Origin: a virus
Lineage: Duplodnaviria > Caudoviricetes
Length of the DNA stretch: 64,000 nucleotides
Virus record (IMG/VR): IMGVR_UViG_3300042914_002678
Reading direction: 5' to 3' (one strand)
A program made the translations under genes and the position numbers. This document shows positions 8,721-19,175 of this stretch, one piece after another. How positions within the stretch are numbered: the first letter of the stretch is position 1; every line of letters begins with the position of its first letter. Under the pieces are notes generated by a model, which did no database searches, was not told the origin of the DNA, and worked only from the letters and a program-made list of their open reading frames with translations.

Positions 8721-10994
8721 GTGGCAATAGGAAAACAACCATTTTTTAAAGCACCATCAGTACCTAAAATGGGGAAGAAGACAGTTTCTTCTTCTGTGTT
8801 TTCCAACGTTTCTCAACAAGTAGAGCAGAAATTTAAAATATCACCTTTTAGATTTCTTCAACCAAAGCAACAAAATATTGTTGCTCAAACTGAGTTATTG
8901 CAAACTAAAGTAGAACAATCTACAAAAAATGATGGAATTATAAATTCTACTTTAACAATAACAAATAGAGTTTTAGAAGGAGTACAAAAACAACTTTTCT
9001 CATATTTTTCATCAATAGAAGCAGAAAAGAAACAAGCACTCGCTGCGTCAAAAGCTTCCGCTAAAAAAAGAAGAATAGGAGCAAAAGAACAGAGTATTGA
9101 AGAACCAAATAAAATTAATCAAATAATTGGAAAAGCTTTTAGTAAAGTAACTGCACCAGCAAGATCTATATTTAGTAAAATACTTGAATTTTTTAGTATT
9201 CTTCTTACTGGAATACTCGTTAATAGTGCTTGGAAATGGTTACAAGATCCAAAAAATCGTGAAAAAGTAGGAAAATTTTTCAGTTTTATTGCAGAGCACT
9301 GGAGATGGATTGTTAGAGTATTAGTTCTTGGTAAATTATTAGGATTTTTATATAAAGTTTATCGAGTTGTAAGTGGTCTTAAAAAAGGTGTTGATTTATT
9401 AAGGAAAGGTTGGGATCTTCTTAATAAAAGTAAAAAAACTAGTGGTCCTGGTGGCGGTGGAGGAGGTGATCCTTGTAGACCATTACTACAGTGCATGGGA
9501 AATCCTGCTTTCTCTGCTAGATTTGTTGCTGCTTCAATCGCAGCATTTATTGCTAATCAGCAATTAACAAATCATATTAAAAATGTAGCAAAAGGATTAC
9601 TTGTTCCAGCACCTCCAACTCCAATACCTGCTGTTCCGCCAGTAGTACCACCTACAACTCAAAGACCAACATTACAACAACAATATCGTCAATCAAGGCA
9701 AGGTGCTCCTGCTGGTGGTTATTCTGCAACAAACGTGCAAGCGGCCCAGCAGGCAGCAGGATCAACTCCCGCACAAAGTTCTCAGCAACTATCAAAAACA
9801 TGGGATCAAGTTAGATCATTATCAAATGATCCGGAAATTCAAGTAATTCTAAAAACATCTGCTTTATTAACTTTTCTAGACGGACCAGTTCCATTTGGTG
9901 ACCCCCTTGCCGTAGGAAATCTATTAAGGATATTACCAAAATTAATTCAGGTAATGACAAGACGCGGCATGGCAGTTGCTGCGTCAAAAGGTGGAACAAT
10001 ACCAAAAGAAGCACCAAAGAAAAAGTGTGATACTTGTTCATTATTACCAACTTTCTCCCAAGGAGGAACAGTGGGTGGTCCAGGATCTGGAAATGTAGAT
10101 AGTGTTCCAACTATGCTTGCTCCTGGTGAAGAGGTTATTCGTACTTCTGCTGCAATGTTATTCAGACCACTATTGAAAGATATTAATGATAACGCTGGTA
10201 GAATGTGGCAGGCATTTCAGTCTGCTATTGACCTACAAGAAAGAAATAATTTTTCTCAACTTTCAACTACTGAAAAATTTAATAAATTACTAGATGCTTT
10301 TAATAAAGAATTAAAAGGTTTAATTCAAAAAGAAAAAGTTAAAGAATTAAAAAACAATTCAAGTATTTTTGGTCCAGGAAAAACTGGTAATATTCCAGCA
10401 CAAGAAGGAACTGGAAAGGAAGGACCATCTGATATTCCGCCAGGAGATTCTAGATTAAACGAATTAATTGAACCAGTAAGTAAAGATTCCCCTTTACCTT
10501 CACCAACTACTTCTCCATCAACTCCTTCTCCTTCTTCTTCACCTTCTCCTTCCCCAACCAATACTCAACCTACAGGAGAATCCAGACAATCACAAGAACC
10601 TTCTACAAAACCAACACCAAGAATTCCTACAGTTTTCCAACCAACCCCTCCACAAACACCATTAGAACCAGTAAAACCTCAGCCACTTCAAGTTATACCT
10701 TATAAATCACAGGAACAATCTTTTATAAATGTTGATCAAACTGTAAATAAATTTGTTACTGCAAAATCAAAGCAAATATCTCCAGAAACTTTTAAAAAAC
10801 CAGTTAAGAAAACTAATATTTTACCATTCCAAATGCCACCAATTAATTTGGCAGGGAATGTACAAAATAATATGAAAGGTTCTATGCCAGATCCTTCTAG
10901 TGGTTCTGCAACAGACGTTCCTTCAATATCTTCCTTTGATCCTAACAATTTTTATGTATCTTGGACTCCATATGAATACGGTATGATAACTTAA
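8721..10994 (+). CDS. Large tail protein, tape-measure-like
   Basis: Helical N-half with hydrophobic segment; FSQGGTVGGPGSGNVDSVPTMLAPGEEV motif typical of tape-measure C-terminal regions; Pro/Ser-rich tail; GTG start. Confidence 0.55.
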   Translation: MAIGKQPFFKAPSVPKMGKKTVSSSVFSNVSQQVEQKFKISPFRFLQPKQQNIVAQTELLQTKVEQSTKNDGIINSTLTITNRVLEGVQKQLFSYFSSIEAEKKQALAASKASAKKRRIGAKEQSIEEPNKINQIIGKAFSKVTAPARSIFSKILEFFSILLTGILVNSAWKWLQDPKNREKVGKFFSFIAEHWRWIVRVLVLGKLLGFLYKVYRVVSGLKKGVDLLRKGWDLLNKSKKTSGPGGGGGGDPCRPLLQCMGNPAFSARFVAASIAAFIANQQLTNHIKNVAKGLLVPAPPTPIPAVPPVVPPTTQRPTLQQQYRQSRQGAPAGGYSATNVQAAQQAAGSTPAQSSQQLSKTWDQVRSLSNDPEIQVILKTSALLTFLDGPVPFGDPLAVGNLLRILPKLIQVMTRRGMAVAASKGGTIPKEAPKKKCDTCSLLPTFSQGGTVGGPGSGNVDSVPTMLAPGEEVIRTSAAMLFRPLLKDINDNAGRMWQAFQSAIDLQERNNFSQLSTTEKFNKLLDAFNKELKGLIQKEKVKELKNNSSIFGPGKTGNIPAQEGTGKEGPSDIPPGDSRLNELIEPVSKDSPLPSPTTSPSTPSPSSSPSPSPTNTQPTGESRQSQEPSTKPTPRIPTVFQPTPPQTPLEPVKPQPLQVIPYKSQEQSFINVDQTVNKFVTAKSKQISPETFKKPVKKTNILPFQMPPINLAGNVQNNMKGSMPDPSSGSATDVPSISSFDPNNFYVSWTPYEYGMIT

Positions 10995-10995
10995 T

Positions 10996-13488
10996 ATGGA
11001 CTTAAAATCAGTTAAAAAACTAAAATTAAACGTTACTAATATTCGAAGTACTTTATTCTCTTATAATAAGAGTTTAAAGAAACTTAGATTAGATCAATCT
11101 TCTTTTGCAAGAAATGAATTAATAAAACAAAAAAGAGCAGAAAAAGAGCAAAACATAGAAAAAAAACCGTCAAGATTATCAACAGCAATTGAATTTGCAA
11201 AATCAAGATTACTTAGCGCACCTATTAGTATTTTTGATAAAATTAAAGAATTTTTTGGTGTTGTTTTAATAGGATTGTTAATTAGCAATCTTCCAAGAAT
11301 TATTAAAGGATTGCAGAAGTTTTTTGGTGATAATCCATGGATTATAACTGGAATAAAAGAAACGATTAATAATGTTGGAATTGGATTATCTAAACTTATT
11401 GAAGTTGTTCAAATGATAGCAGAACCAACATATAAATTTGTGGCAAGAAATAGAAACGAAATTGAAGGATTAATTAATAATATTGATTCTCTTCTTACTA
11501 ATATTGAAAATGGATTAATAGGTCTAGTTGGGAATGCCATTATGGGACCTCCACCTCCAACTGTAAATAGTCCTAATTATTCTAGTTTTGTTGCTGGTGG
11601 AGGAAAAGCATCTGTTAAACAAGGAAGATCAGTTTCTCAAGTTATTAAACAAGGACAGCAGAATATTTCTAGGTTTAATTCTGGTCCAAGAGCACCAACT
11701 CCTGCACCTTCTTTACCATCACCTGTAGCTCCACCTGCACTACCAATTCAGTCTTTTGCAAAAGGAGGAACAGTTCAACCAGTTTCTTCAAATGTAAAAT
11801 CACGAGGAAAAGTTTCTTCTCAAACTAAAAAATCACCATTCAGTAAACCTGGAGGAACACCAAGTGGGAGAAAGGCAATAAAATCCACAGAATCTTTTGA
11901 AAAATTTAAATCAAATACTGTAAATAAATTAACTGACATAAAAGTTCAAAAAGATAATAATAATCTTTTTGAAGGTTTGATTGAAAAATTTAGACAATTA
12001 AAATCATTAAAAGGAGATAAGGATACAAAAGGTGGTGGAGGTGGCGGCGGCGGTGGTGGTCCTAGTGGCGGAGATTATCAGGGTGAAGTAAGTGTTTCAA
12101 GTGATAGTCCAGATTTTTGGTTACTATCTACCGTTGCTTTATTTGAAAGATCAAGTCCACAAGGAGCTGCTGATGTTGCACAAGCAACATATAATAGAGT
12201 TGCCGCACCTGGTGATCCTTGGAAAACTGGTGGTAGTATAAGAACTGCTCTTTTAGATCCTGGTCAATATACTCCCGTGAGCAATTATGGTGGACCATCT
12301 GCTTGGGGAAAAATAGTTGATAAAAAATCTGCGGTGGAGTTTGTTGAAAAAAATGGGAAAAATAAAAAACAGTTAGAAACAGTATCTTCTGCTTTATTGG
12401 ATTCTAGTAGACAATCTTCTGCAAGAACATTTGTTGGACCAAGAGACAGTTTTAGAGCAACAACAAGCGAAAATATAAAGTATGATCAATTAGCAAATGA
12501 CACTGAAGTTAAAAGAGATGGTCATATTTTTGGATTTGAGCCTGGTGGAGCGCAAATTGAAAAGTTTAGACAAGGAAAATTACAACCAGCTGTTGTTAAC
12601 AAACAAGTCAGAGGAACTGTAACACCAACTGCACCACCACCAAAGCAAAAGGGTGATATAATATCAAAAGATAAAACTGTTGTTGTCGAAGGTGAGTTTA
12701 GATTAAGACCAGATGCTGCTGCTGCATATAAGAGAATGAAAGCAGATGCTAAAAAAGAAGGTGTAAATATTAGTTTAGAGTCTGCTTGGAGAGATAGTAG
12801 TGTCCAAGCATATCTTTATGATTTATTCATAAGAGGATTGGGAAATCTGGCAGCTCCTCCTGGTTCATCCGATCATGAAAGAGGAATTGCTATTGATCTT
12901 AGAGATGGAATTCCTTGGGCACAAAAAAATTGTCTTAAATATGGTTGGTATAATTCTGGAATGAATTTTTCACAAAAAGAACCTTGGCATTTTGATTATC
13001 GTGGAGGAGGAATAACACAACCACAGCAACAAAAACCAAAAATAGTATCAACAGTTAAACAACAAGAATTAGATAAGTTAAAAACAGTAATTCAGTCTAA
13101 ACCTGGAAGTAAAAAATCAGTAAATATAGATGGGGTTGGAACTTACATACGAGGAACAAATGTATTCGGAATGCCAGAAGACAAATATTTTGATGATAGT
13201 GGAAAACCAATAACAAAGGATGAGTTTTATAATAGACTTGAGAAAGCAAAGAAAAATAGCAATTTAATTTCTAGTTCTTCTGTTCCATTTGATGTAAAAC
13301 AACTTGAAAGAAATAATTTGCAAATGGAAGAGGAAGATGGATCTTCTAATATTTTGATTGCTCAGCAACCAATTTATCTTCCTGGACAACCAATACCAAT
13401 GCCATATCCAGTTGTTCAAAAAACTATATCTTCTTCAAATACAGTATCATATAATCCAGAATCTTTAGTAGCAAGGGGTTTAGTATAA
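10996..13488 (+). CDS. Tape-measure-like tail protein with putative cell-wall hydrolase and M15B (VanY-like) peptidase domains
   Basis: N-terminal architecture like the preceding gene; SAWR, SDHERGIAID and EPWH M15B motifs; central ADVAQATYNRV segment. Confidence 0.75.
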   Translation: MDLKSVKKLKLNVTNIRSTLFSYNKSLKKLRLDQSSFARNELIKQKRAEKEQNIEKKPSRLSTAIEFAKSRLLSAPISIFDKIKEFFGVVLIGLLISNLPRIIKGLQKFFGDNPWIITGIKETINNVGIGLSKLIEVVQMIAEPTYKFVARNRNEIEGLINNIDSLLTNIENGLIGLVGNAIMGPPPPTVNSPNYSSFVAGGGKASVKQGRSVSQVIKQGQQNISRFNSGPRAPTPAPSLPSPVAPPALPIQSFAKGGTVQPVSSNVKSRGKVSSQTKKSPFSKPGGTPSGRKAIKSTESFEKFKSNTVNKLTDIKVQKDNNNLFEGLIEKFRQLKSLKGDKDTKGGGGGGGGGGPSGGDYQGEVSVSSDSPDFWLLSTVALFERSSPQGAADVAQATYNRVAAPGDPWKTGGSIRTALLDPGQYTPVSNYGGPSAWGKIVDKKSAVEFVEKNGKNKKQLETVSSALLDSSRQSSARTFVGPRDSFRATTSENIKYDQLANDTEVKRDGHIFGFEPGGAQIEKFRQGKLQPAVVNKQVRGTVTPTAPPPKQKGDIISKDKTVVVEGEFRLRPDAAAAYKRMKADAKKEGVNISLESAWRDSSVQAYLYDLFIRGLGNLAAPPGSSDHERGIAIDLRDGIPWAQKNCLKYGWYNSGMNFSQKEPWHFDYRGGGITQPQQQKPKIVSTVKQQELDKLKTVIQSKPGSKKSVNIDGVGTYIRGTNVFGMPEDKYFDDSGKPITKDEFYNRLEKAKKNSNLISSSSVPFDVKQLERNNLQMEEEDGSSNILIAQQPIYLPGQPIPMPYPVVQKTISSSNTVSYNPESLVARGLV

Positions 13489-13489
13489 A

Positions 13490-14797
13490 ATGTTAAATGC
13501 TTCAAAATCTTCCAGATATTCTGAAATTAAAATTAATAAAAATGGTAAAGAAGTTTCCTTAGAAGGTAGGACGGTTAGTTTTAGTTACTATGAGAGTTTA
13601 CTTTCTCCACATATAACTGCAAAAATAGTTTTTGTAGATTCTGGAAATGCATTGCAGGCAGAAAAAAAATATGATACTCAAGAAAGATATGGAACAATAG
13701 TATCTTCATTACCAGTAAGAGGAAGTGGAGATGAAGAAGTTTCTTTTAAAATAGAAAGCAAACTTGGCAATTTAGATTTTACTTCTTATCCATTGATAAT
13801 AAATTCTAAACCATCTCCAGCACAAGAATCTACCAGACAAGTTGTTACATTGAATTTAGTTTCAAAATATGCGATTGATAATGAAAATACTAATATTTAC
13901 TCCAAATATTACAATAGCATATCAGATTCCGTAAAACAAATAATTACTAATGATTTAAAAATTCCTTCTACTAAAATATCTCAAATAGAAACGACAAAAA
14001 ATTCAAATGCATTTAGTGGAAATTCAAGAAGAGCATTTGACGTTATAATATCATTGTGTCCAAAATCAATACCAATAGATGGAAGTGCTGGATACTTTTT
14101 TTGGGAAACTCAAGAAGGATTCAATTTTAGATCAATTGATAGTTTAGTTTCTTCTCCTGCAGTTGAAACTTATCAATATTATAATGTTGGAAATGCAAGT
14201 TTGGATAATGACGATAATGATTATAGAATTTTAACTCAACCACAATTTGTAAAAGATCAAAATCTTCTTGATTTGCTGAGATCTGGAACATTAAGATCAA
14301 AAAATATTTTTCTAGATCTTTCTACAGGAAAATATGAAGAGATATTTACAAATATAAGTGGATCTGGAATCAAGGTTCTTGGTGGAAATCAAGAATATTC
14401 TTCAAATTTATATCCAACTTCTGATAAAAAAGTGTTTAGTAGAACTAATCATTTTATTTTAGATACTGGTAATATGGAAAAGGAATTAAGTACAAAACTT
14501 AATAATGATCCTCGTCAGTATCTTGCAGTTTCTGCTATGAAATATAATATTACAATAAGTCAAGTTTTAAATGTCATTGTACCATGCAATCCTAATTTAA
14601 AAGCAGGAAATGTAATTAACTGTGAATTTGAAAAGATAACACCGAGCAGTAAAAATTCTGGATCAATAGATGAATCTCAAAGTGGAAAATATTTAATTCT
14701 TCATTTGTGTCATAATTTTGATCCAAATAGATCTTTTACTTCACTTACTTTAGTTCGAGATACATATGGAATATATACAAGTGGAGGGAAAATATAA
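13490..14797 (+). CDS. Baseplate hub protein (gp27-like)
   Basis: YYESLLSPHITA, YFFWETQEGFNFRSIDSL, VPCNPNLKAGNVI, SGKYLILHLCH...TSLTLVRDTYG; lies directly before gp5. Confidence 0.6.
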   Translation: MLNASKSSRYSEIKINKNGKEVSLEGRTVSFSYYESLLSPHITAKIVFVDSGNALQAEKKYDTQERYGTIVSSLPVRGSGDEEVSFKIESKLGNLDFTSYPLIINSKPSPAQESTRQVVTLNLVSKYAIDNENTNIYSKYYNSISDSVKQIITNDLKIPSTKISQIETTKNSNAFSGNSRRAFDVIISLCPKSIPIDGSAGYFFWETQEGFNFRSIDSLVSSPAVETYQYYNVGNASLDNDDNDYRILTQPQFVKDQNLLDLLRSGTLRSKNIFLDLSTGKYEEIFTNISGSGIKVLGGNQEYSSNLYPTSDKKVFSRTNHFILDTGNMEKELSTKLNNDPRQYLAVSAMKYNITISQVLNVIVPCNPNLKAGNVINCEFEKITPSSKNSGSIDESQSGKYLILHLCHNFDPNRSFTSLTLVRDTYGIYTSGGKI

Positions 14798-14802
14798 AAA
14801 TA

Positions 14803-15291
14803 ATGTTTAAACCAGGATTTTTTGGTAAAAACCCCCCAAGATGGTGGATTGGTCAGGTTCCATTGGGACAGACTGATAATAAAACGGAATCTATAAAATG
14901 GGGAGACAGAGTTCAAGTTAGAATAGTTGGATATCATCCAATGGAGGGTAATATTCTTCCAGATGAAGATCTCCCTTGGGCAATTATTTTAAAACCCTCT
15001 TCCCAAGGTACACTAAATAGAGGATCAACCGCTATTATAGGTGGTGAATGGGTAGTTGGTATTTTTCTAGATGACGATTGTGAAAGACCTTTAATTATAG
15101 GTGTAATTGGAAGATCTAATCCTGGATATGAATGCACCCTTTCTGATCAACAATCTCAAAAAAGTACAGAGTTTAAAACAACATTATCATATTGGGGTTC
15201 AATAGTAGCGCAACCATATCATTTAGCTTCTGGTCAAAAACCTTCCGATAAACCTCTTGTTCCACCTGAAAATTTATTTCCTGGTAAGTAA
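14803..15291 (+). CDS. 5: gp5 N-terminal OB-fold (spike base) as a stand-alone ORF
   Basis: WWIGQV, RVQVRIVGYHP, DEDLPWAIIL, GEWVVGIFLD...PLIIG. Confidence 0.75.
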   Translation: MFKPGFFGKNPPRWWIGQVPLGQTDNKTESIKWGDRVQVRIVGYHPMEGNILPDEDLPWAIILKPSSQGTLNRGSTAIIGGEWVVGIFLDDDCERPLIIGVIGRSNPGYECTLSDQQSQKSTEFKTTLSYWGSIVAQPYHLASGQKPSDKPLVPPENLFPGK

Positions 15292-15293
15292 TT

Positions 15294-18200
15294 ATGGCAG
15301 AATTAATCCCAAATGCACTTAATTCAGATCTTCCAAATTATTGGAAAGATCTAAGTGGGATTGATTTTAATGTCAAGATAGACGAAACTTTTTATGGAAA
15401 AACCCAGCATTATTATACAACTGCTTCATATGAACAGTTTAAAATTCTTTCAGAATATGAATGGAATTTAGGTGATCCTTGTGGAGAAGGAACACTTGGA
15501 GAATTAAGTGTAAATTTAAACAACTTTTTTACTTTTTTAAGAGGCATACAGCAATATAGTAGTACTTATATTAGAGGATCAATTAATATGATCCAAAATG
15601 TTGCTGCAGAAATATCCAAAGTATCCGAAGCAATTGCAGCAATTTTAAAAACTTTAATTCAAAGAGTTAGAAACTGGATATTAAATAAAATTAGGGAGTT
15701 AATTGACAAAGCATTAGAGTCTCTTTTAACTCCTAGAACAAGACAAATAAAAGAAGGTCTTTTACAACAAATAATAGAGCAACTTGCATGTTCTTTTGAC
15801 GATATTATTGATGGATTAGTTGATTTTGTTGGAGACTTTTTATATGCATTAGTCGGACAAATCATTCAAACACCATTATGTGCAGTTGAAAATTACTTAA
15901 ATGCAATGTTGAATAGACTTTCATCTGACATTGAAGATTCTATTCAACCATTTTTAAATCAATTAAATGATGTTTTAGGACAAGCTTTAAGTATTGTTGG
16001 ACAAGTAGATAGTATTATTAATAAAATTCTTGGATATGAAGCATTTTTCTGTGCTCGCCCAGAATGTCCAGAGGTAAAAAACTTTAAAGCAAGTATTTGG
16101 GGAGGACCAACTCCTTCTGCAATTGCAAACTTTTCAAAATTTACAGCTTCTCCTACTGGTTTTGTTGATACTGCAACGACAAAAGCAGAAGAATGGTTAG
16201 CAGACTTTTTTGGTCCAGATTCAAACACATCACAATCCCCTGGAGCATGTTATACTGGAACGTTTAAATGTGGATTGCCTCAAGTTGTTATATTTGGTGG
16301 AGGTGGATCAGGAGCAGCTGCAAATGCAGTTGTGAATGCAATTGGAGAAGTTATTGGAGTTAATTTATTAGATGGTGGATCTGGTTATACCTCCCCTCCT
16401 TTTGTTTCTATAGTTGATCCAGGTGGTTGTGGGATTAATGCAAGTGCAACTGCCATATTGTGCCCACCGTCTTCAACATCTAAGTCTTCTGTTGTTAGTG
16501 GATATCGTGGTCCTGGCATTTACTTAAATTTAATAAGTGCTAAATCTTCAACAGTTGTTACTGGATGGAATGGTGCAGGAATTTATTTAGATTTAACTTC
16601 TGCAACTCCAATTGATTCTGTAGGAACAGTTGTTGTAACATTTACTTTGACCAAATCAGCATTATTTGTATATTCAGTTAGTATTCCTGGAACTACAATT
16701 AGTGGAGCTAAAATTCCACCTCTCCCATATCCCTCAGCAGATAATGTTCCAGTGCAAATATCTATGAATTTAAAAGCTGGTGAAATTTATGGACCAATTG
16801 TTAAAACAGGTGATCCTGGAACATTGTATGTTGGGGATCAAGTTGTTGCTGGAGTTATCAATAGTGGATCATTAACGAACACAAGCATTGTGGTTGAGAC
16901 AGGTGGTGACGATTGGAATGATTATGTTATTTCAACAAACGGAGGGTTTTTTGCCTCATACTCTACGCCACCTCCAGCACCAACAACAACTACTACAAGC
17001 ACTGCTCCAATAAATGTTATATTTACTACAACTGGAAGTGAAGTCGGATATTCTGTAGATTTACCAATTTCAAAAACAACGAAGCAAACTTTGACTGGTC
17101 CTGGATTTCCTGGAAACCGGATACAAAGATCAGTTAGTTTAGTTCCTGGAAAAATTTATGGACCTCTTTCAATATCTTCTGGATCTGGAAAATTATACGT
17201 CGGAAATGAAAAAGTTGCTAAAATATCATCCAGTGGATCTTTATCTAACACATCTGTAGTTATTGAAAAAGGTGGTGATGATTGGGATGATTATATTCTT
17301 TCCACCAATCATGGATTTTTTGAGACCTATAATACTTCTCCAAATTCAAAGAAAAAGGCAAAATCATCAAAGAGAAAAAGATCAGTTTGTAGTATTGGTT
17401 TAAACAATCCTGGAAGTAATTATAGTAATTCCTCATCTAATGGATCCCCAGTAATTCAAGTTTTTACTGGATCTCCAAATCCAGTTGATACAAATAATAC
17501 AATTACCTTATCTTGGTCCATACTAAATGCTACGTCTGCTTCTTTAAATGTACCAGGATTTAATAATATTCCATTAGTTGGAAATGCAAGCATTCTTGTA
17601 AACCCTACATTTCCAGTAGGAAAAGATCAAACAACAATTACATATACTATAACCGCTACTAATAATCAACCAAGTTCAACTCCTTATACAGTTACAAAAG
17701 ATTTTATTCTTACTGTTAACAAACCTTTTGCGGCTAGTGGATTTAAAAACGTACCTCCAGTATTAAATACAAATACACCAACTATAGATAGATTTGATGC
17801 AAATCCAACAAAACTTTCTGTTGGGCAAGTTGTAAACATAACCTGGGAAACCACTGATGCTAAATTTGCTTCATTATCTGCAACAGGATTTAAAGCTCCT
17901 TTGGTAGGATATTCTTCTATTCCGGAAGACGGAACATTGAGTTTTGTTATGCCTTCAGATATTCCATTTCCTGCTGGAGGAGATGCTACCATTGAATATG
18001 AATTAATTGCAACTAATCCAGATGCTTCAGGTGCTAAAACAGATACTGATAAGATTTCTATAACAGTTAGCCCCACACCAGCACCTCCCGGACCAGCAGC
18101 GCCAGGTCCAGGACCAGCAGCACCAGCTCCAGGTCCAGTTCCTCCTATCGCAAATCCCTTTGTTTGTACTCCAAGTGCAACAATTGTTAATGAAGGTGAT

Positions 18201-19175
18201 ACTGTGAATTTTACAGTTACTAATACTGATCCCGCAGACAATGGAACTTTTTATTATGAAATAATTTCTATATCTGGATCAGTAACTGACTCAGATTTTA
18301 GTGATAATACTTTAACAGGATCATTTACAATTGCGGGAAATAGAGGAACTATAAGTAAAACTATTTCCAATGACTTGCTTACTGAAGGAGTAGAACAATT
18401 TAACTTACTCATAAAAAGAGATCCATTACTATCTGCATTTGTTGCAACTAGTGGAGGAATAATAATAAATGATACATCTTCTACTCCTATTGCTCCAGGA
18501 GCTTTATCTAAGTTTACATGTACTCCAAGTACAAGACTTGCCAATGAGGGAGATACGATAGATTTTGATGTAACTACAACAGATCCAGCAGATAATGGTA
18601 TATTTTATTATCAAATAATACCTTTGGCAGGATCTGTTACTGCCTCCGATTTTACTGACCTTATTTTAAGTGGATCATTTACAATTACAAGCAATAAAGG
18701 AACTATAAGTAAAACTATTTCCAATGATGCTTTAACAGAGGGAACGGAAGAATTCCAATTAGTTATAAAAAGAGATTTAAAAGATTCTTTCTATCAAGCA
18801 ACAAGTGGTTCAATAACTATAAAGGATACCTCCCTCAGTCCTCCTGGAACGCCAGCAATAGCTGTAATTGGTTCAGTTCTCGTAATTGCTCCTGGAAGCG
18901 GATATCCAGCAGGAACAACAATAACTGCCCCTGGGGGCGCAATTTTGAAACCAATAATCACTCCATCTGGTTCTATTGGCGGAGTTACTGTAGTAAATCC
19001 AGGATATGGATTTACAAGAATACCAGAATTGCAAATAAATAGTAGAGAAGGTTTAGGTGCTAAATTGCGAGTAAATTTGGAATTTATTCCATTAGATCAA
19101 TTTTTACGTGATAAAAATTTAGAATCAGTTGATCCATCTAAACTTGTACGAATTATAGATTGCGTTTCCAGATAA
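15294..19175 (+). CDS. gp5-associated baseplate protein with inserted Ig/PKD-like and two Calx-beta-like domains
   Basis: Helical N-terminus; GGGGSGAAANAVV..GEVIGVNLLDGGSGY repeat type; two VNEGDT...ND.LTEG.E.F domains; ends RIIDCV. Confidence 0.6.
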   Translation: MAELIPNALNSDLPNYWKDLSGIDFNVKIDETFYGKTQHYYTTASYEQFKILSEYEWNLGDPCGEGTLGELSVNLNNFFTFLRGIQQYSSTYIRGSINMIQNVAAEISKVSEAIAAILKTLIQRVRNWILNKIRELIDKALESLLTPRTRQIKEGLLQQIIEQLACSFDDIIDGLVDFVGDFLYALVGQIIQTPLCAVENYLNAMLNRLSSDIEDSIQPFLNQLNDVLGQALSIVGQVDSIINKILGYEAFFCARPECPEVKNFKASIWGGPTPSAIANFSKFTASPTGFVDTATTKAEEWLADFFGPDSNTSQSPGACYTGTFKCGLPQVVIFGGGGSGAAANAVVNAIGEVIGVNLLDGGSGYTSPPFVSIVDPGGCGINASATAILCPPSSTSKSSVVSGYRGPGIYLNLISAKSSTVVTGWNGAGIYLDLTSATPIDSVGTVVVTFTLTKSALFVYSVSIPGTTISGAKIPPLPYPSADNVPVQISMNLKAGEIYGPIVKTGDPGTLYVGDQVVAGVINSGSLTNTSIVVETGGDDWNDYVISTNGGFFASYSTPPPAPTTTTTSTAPINVIFTTTGSEVGYSVDLPISKTTKQTLTGPGFPGNRIQRSVSLVPGKIYGPLSISSGSGKLYVGNEKVAKISSSGSLSNTSVVIEKGGDDWDDYILSTNHGFFETYNTSPNSKKKAKSSKRKRSVCSIGLNNPGSNYSNSSSNGSPVIQVFTGSPNPVDTNNTITLSWSILNATSASLNVPGFNNIPLVGNASILVNPTFPVGKDQTTITYTITATNNQPSSTPYTVTKDFILTVNKPFAASGFKNVPPVLNTNTPTIDRFDANPTKLSVGQVVNITWETTDAKFASLSATGFKAPLVGYSSIPEDGTLSFVMPSDIPFPAGGDATIEYELIATNPDASGAKTDTDKISITVSPTPAPPGPAAPGPGPAAPAPGPVPPIANPFVCTPSATIVNEGDTVNFTVTNTDPADNGTFYYEIISISGSVTDSDFSDNTLTGSFTIAGNRGTISKTISNDLLTEGVEQFNLLIKRDPLLSAFVATSGGIIINDTSSTPIAPGALSKFTCTPSTRLANEGDTIDFDVTTTDPADNGIFYYQIIPLAGSVTASDFTDLILSGSFTITSNKGTISKTISNDALTEGTEEFQLVIKRDLKDSFYQATSGSITIKDTSLSPPGTPAIAVIGSVLVIAPGSGYPAGTTITAPGGAILKPIITPSGSIGGVTVVNPGYGFTRIPELQINSREGLGAKLRVNLEFIPLDQFLRDKNLESVDPSKLVRIIDCVSR

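Noticed and set aside
15280-15296. Frameshift fusion of the gp5 OB-fold ORF with the 1293-aa ORF
   Set aside because: The downstream frame has TAA at 15285-15287 and there is no slippery site after it.
17684-18544. Minus-strand ORFs opposite the Pro/Thr-rich and Calx-beta region
   Set aside because: Mirror of low-complexity coding sequence on the + strand.
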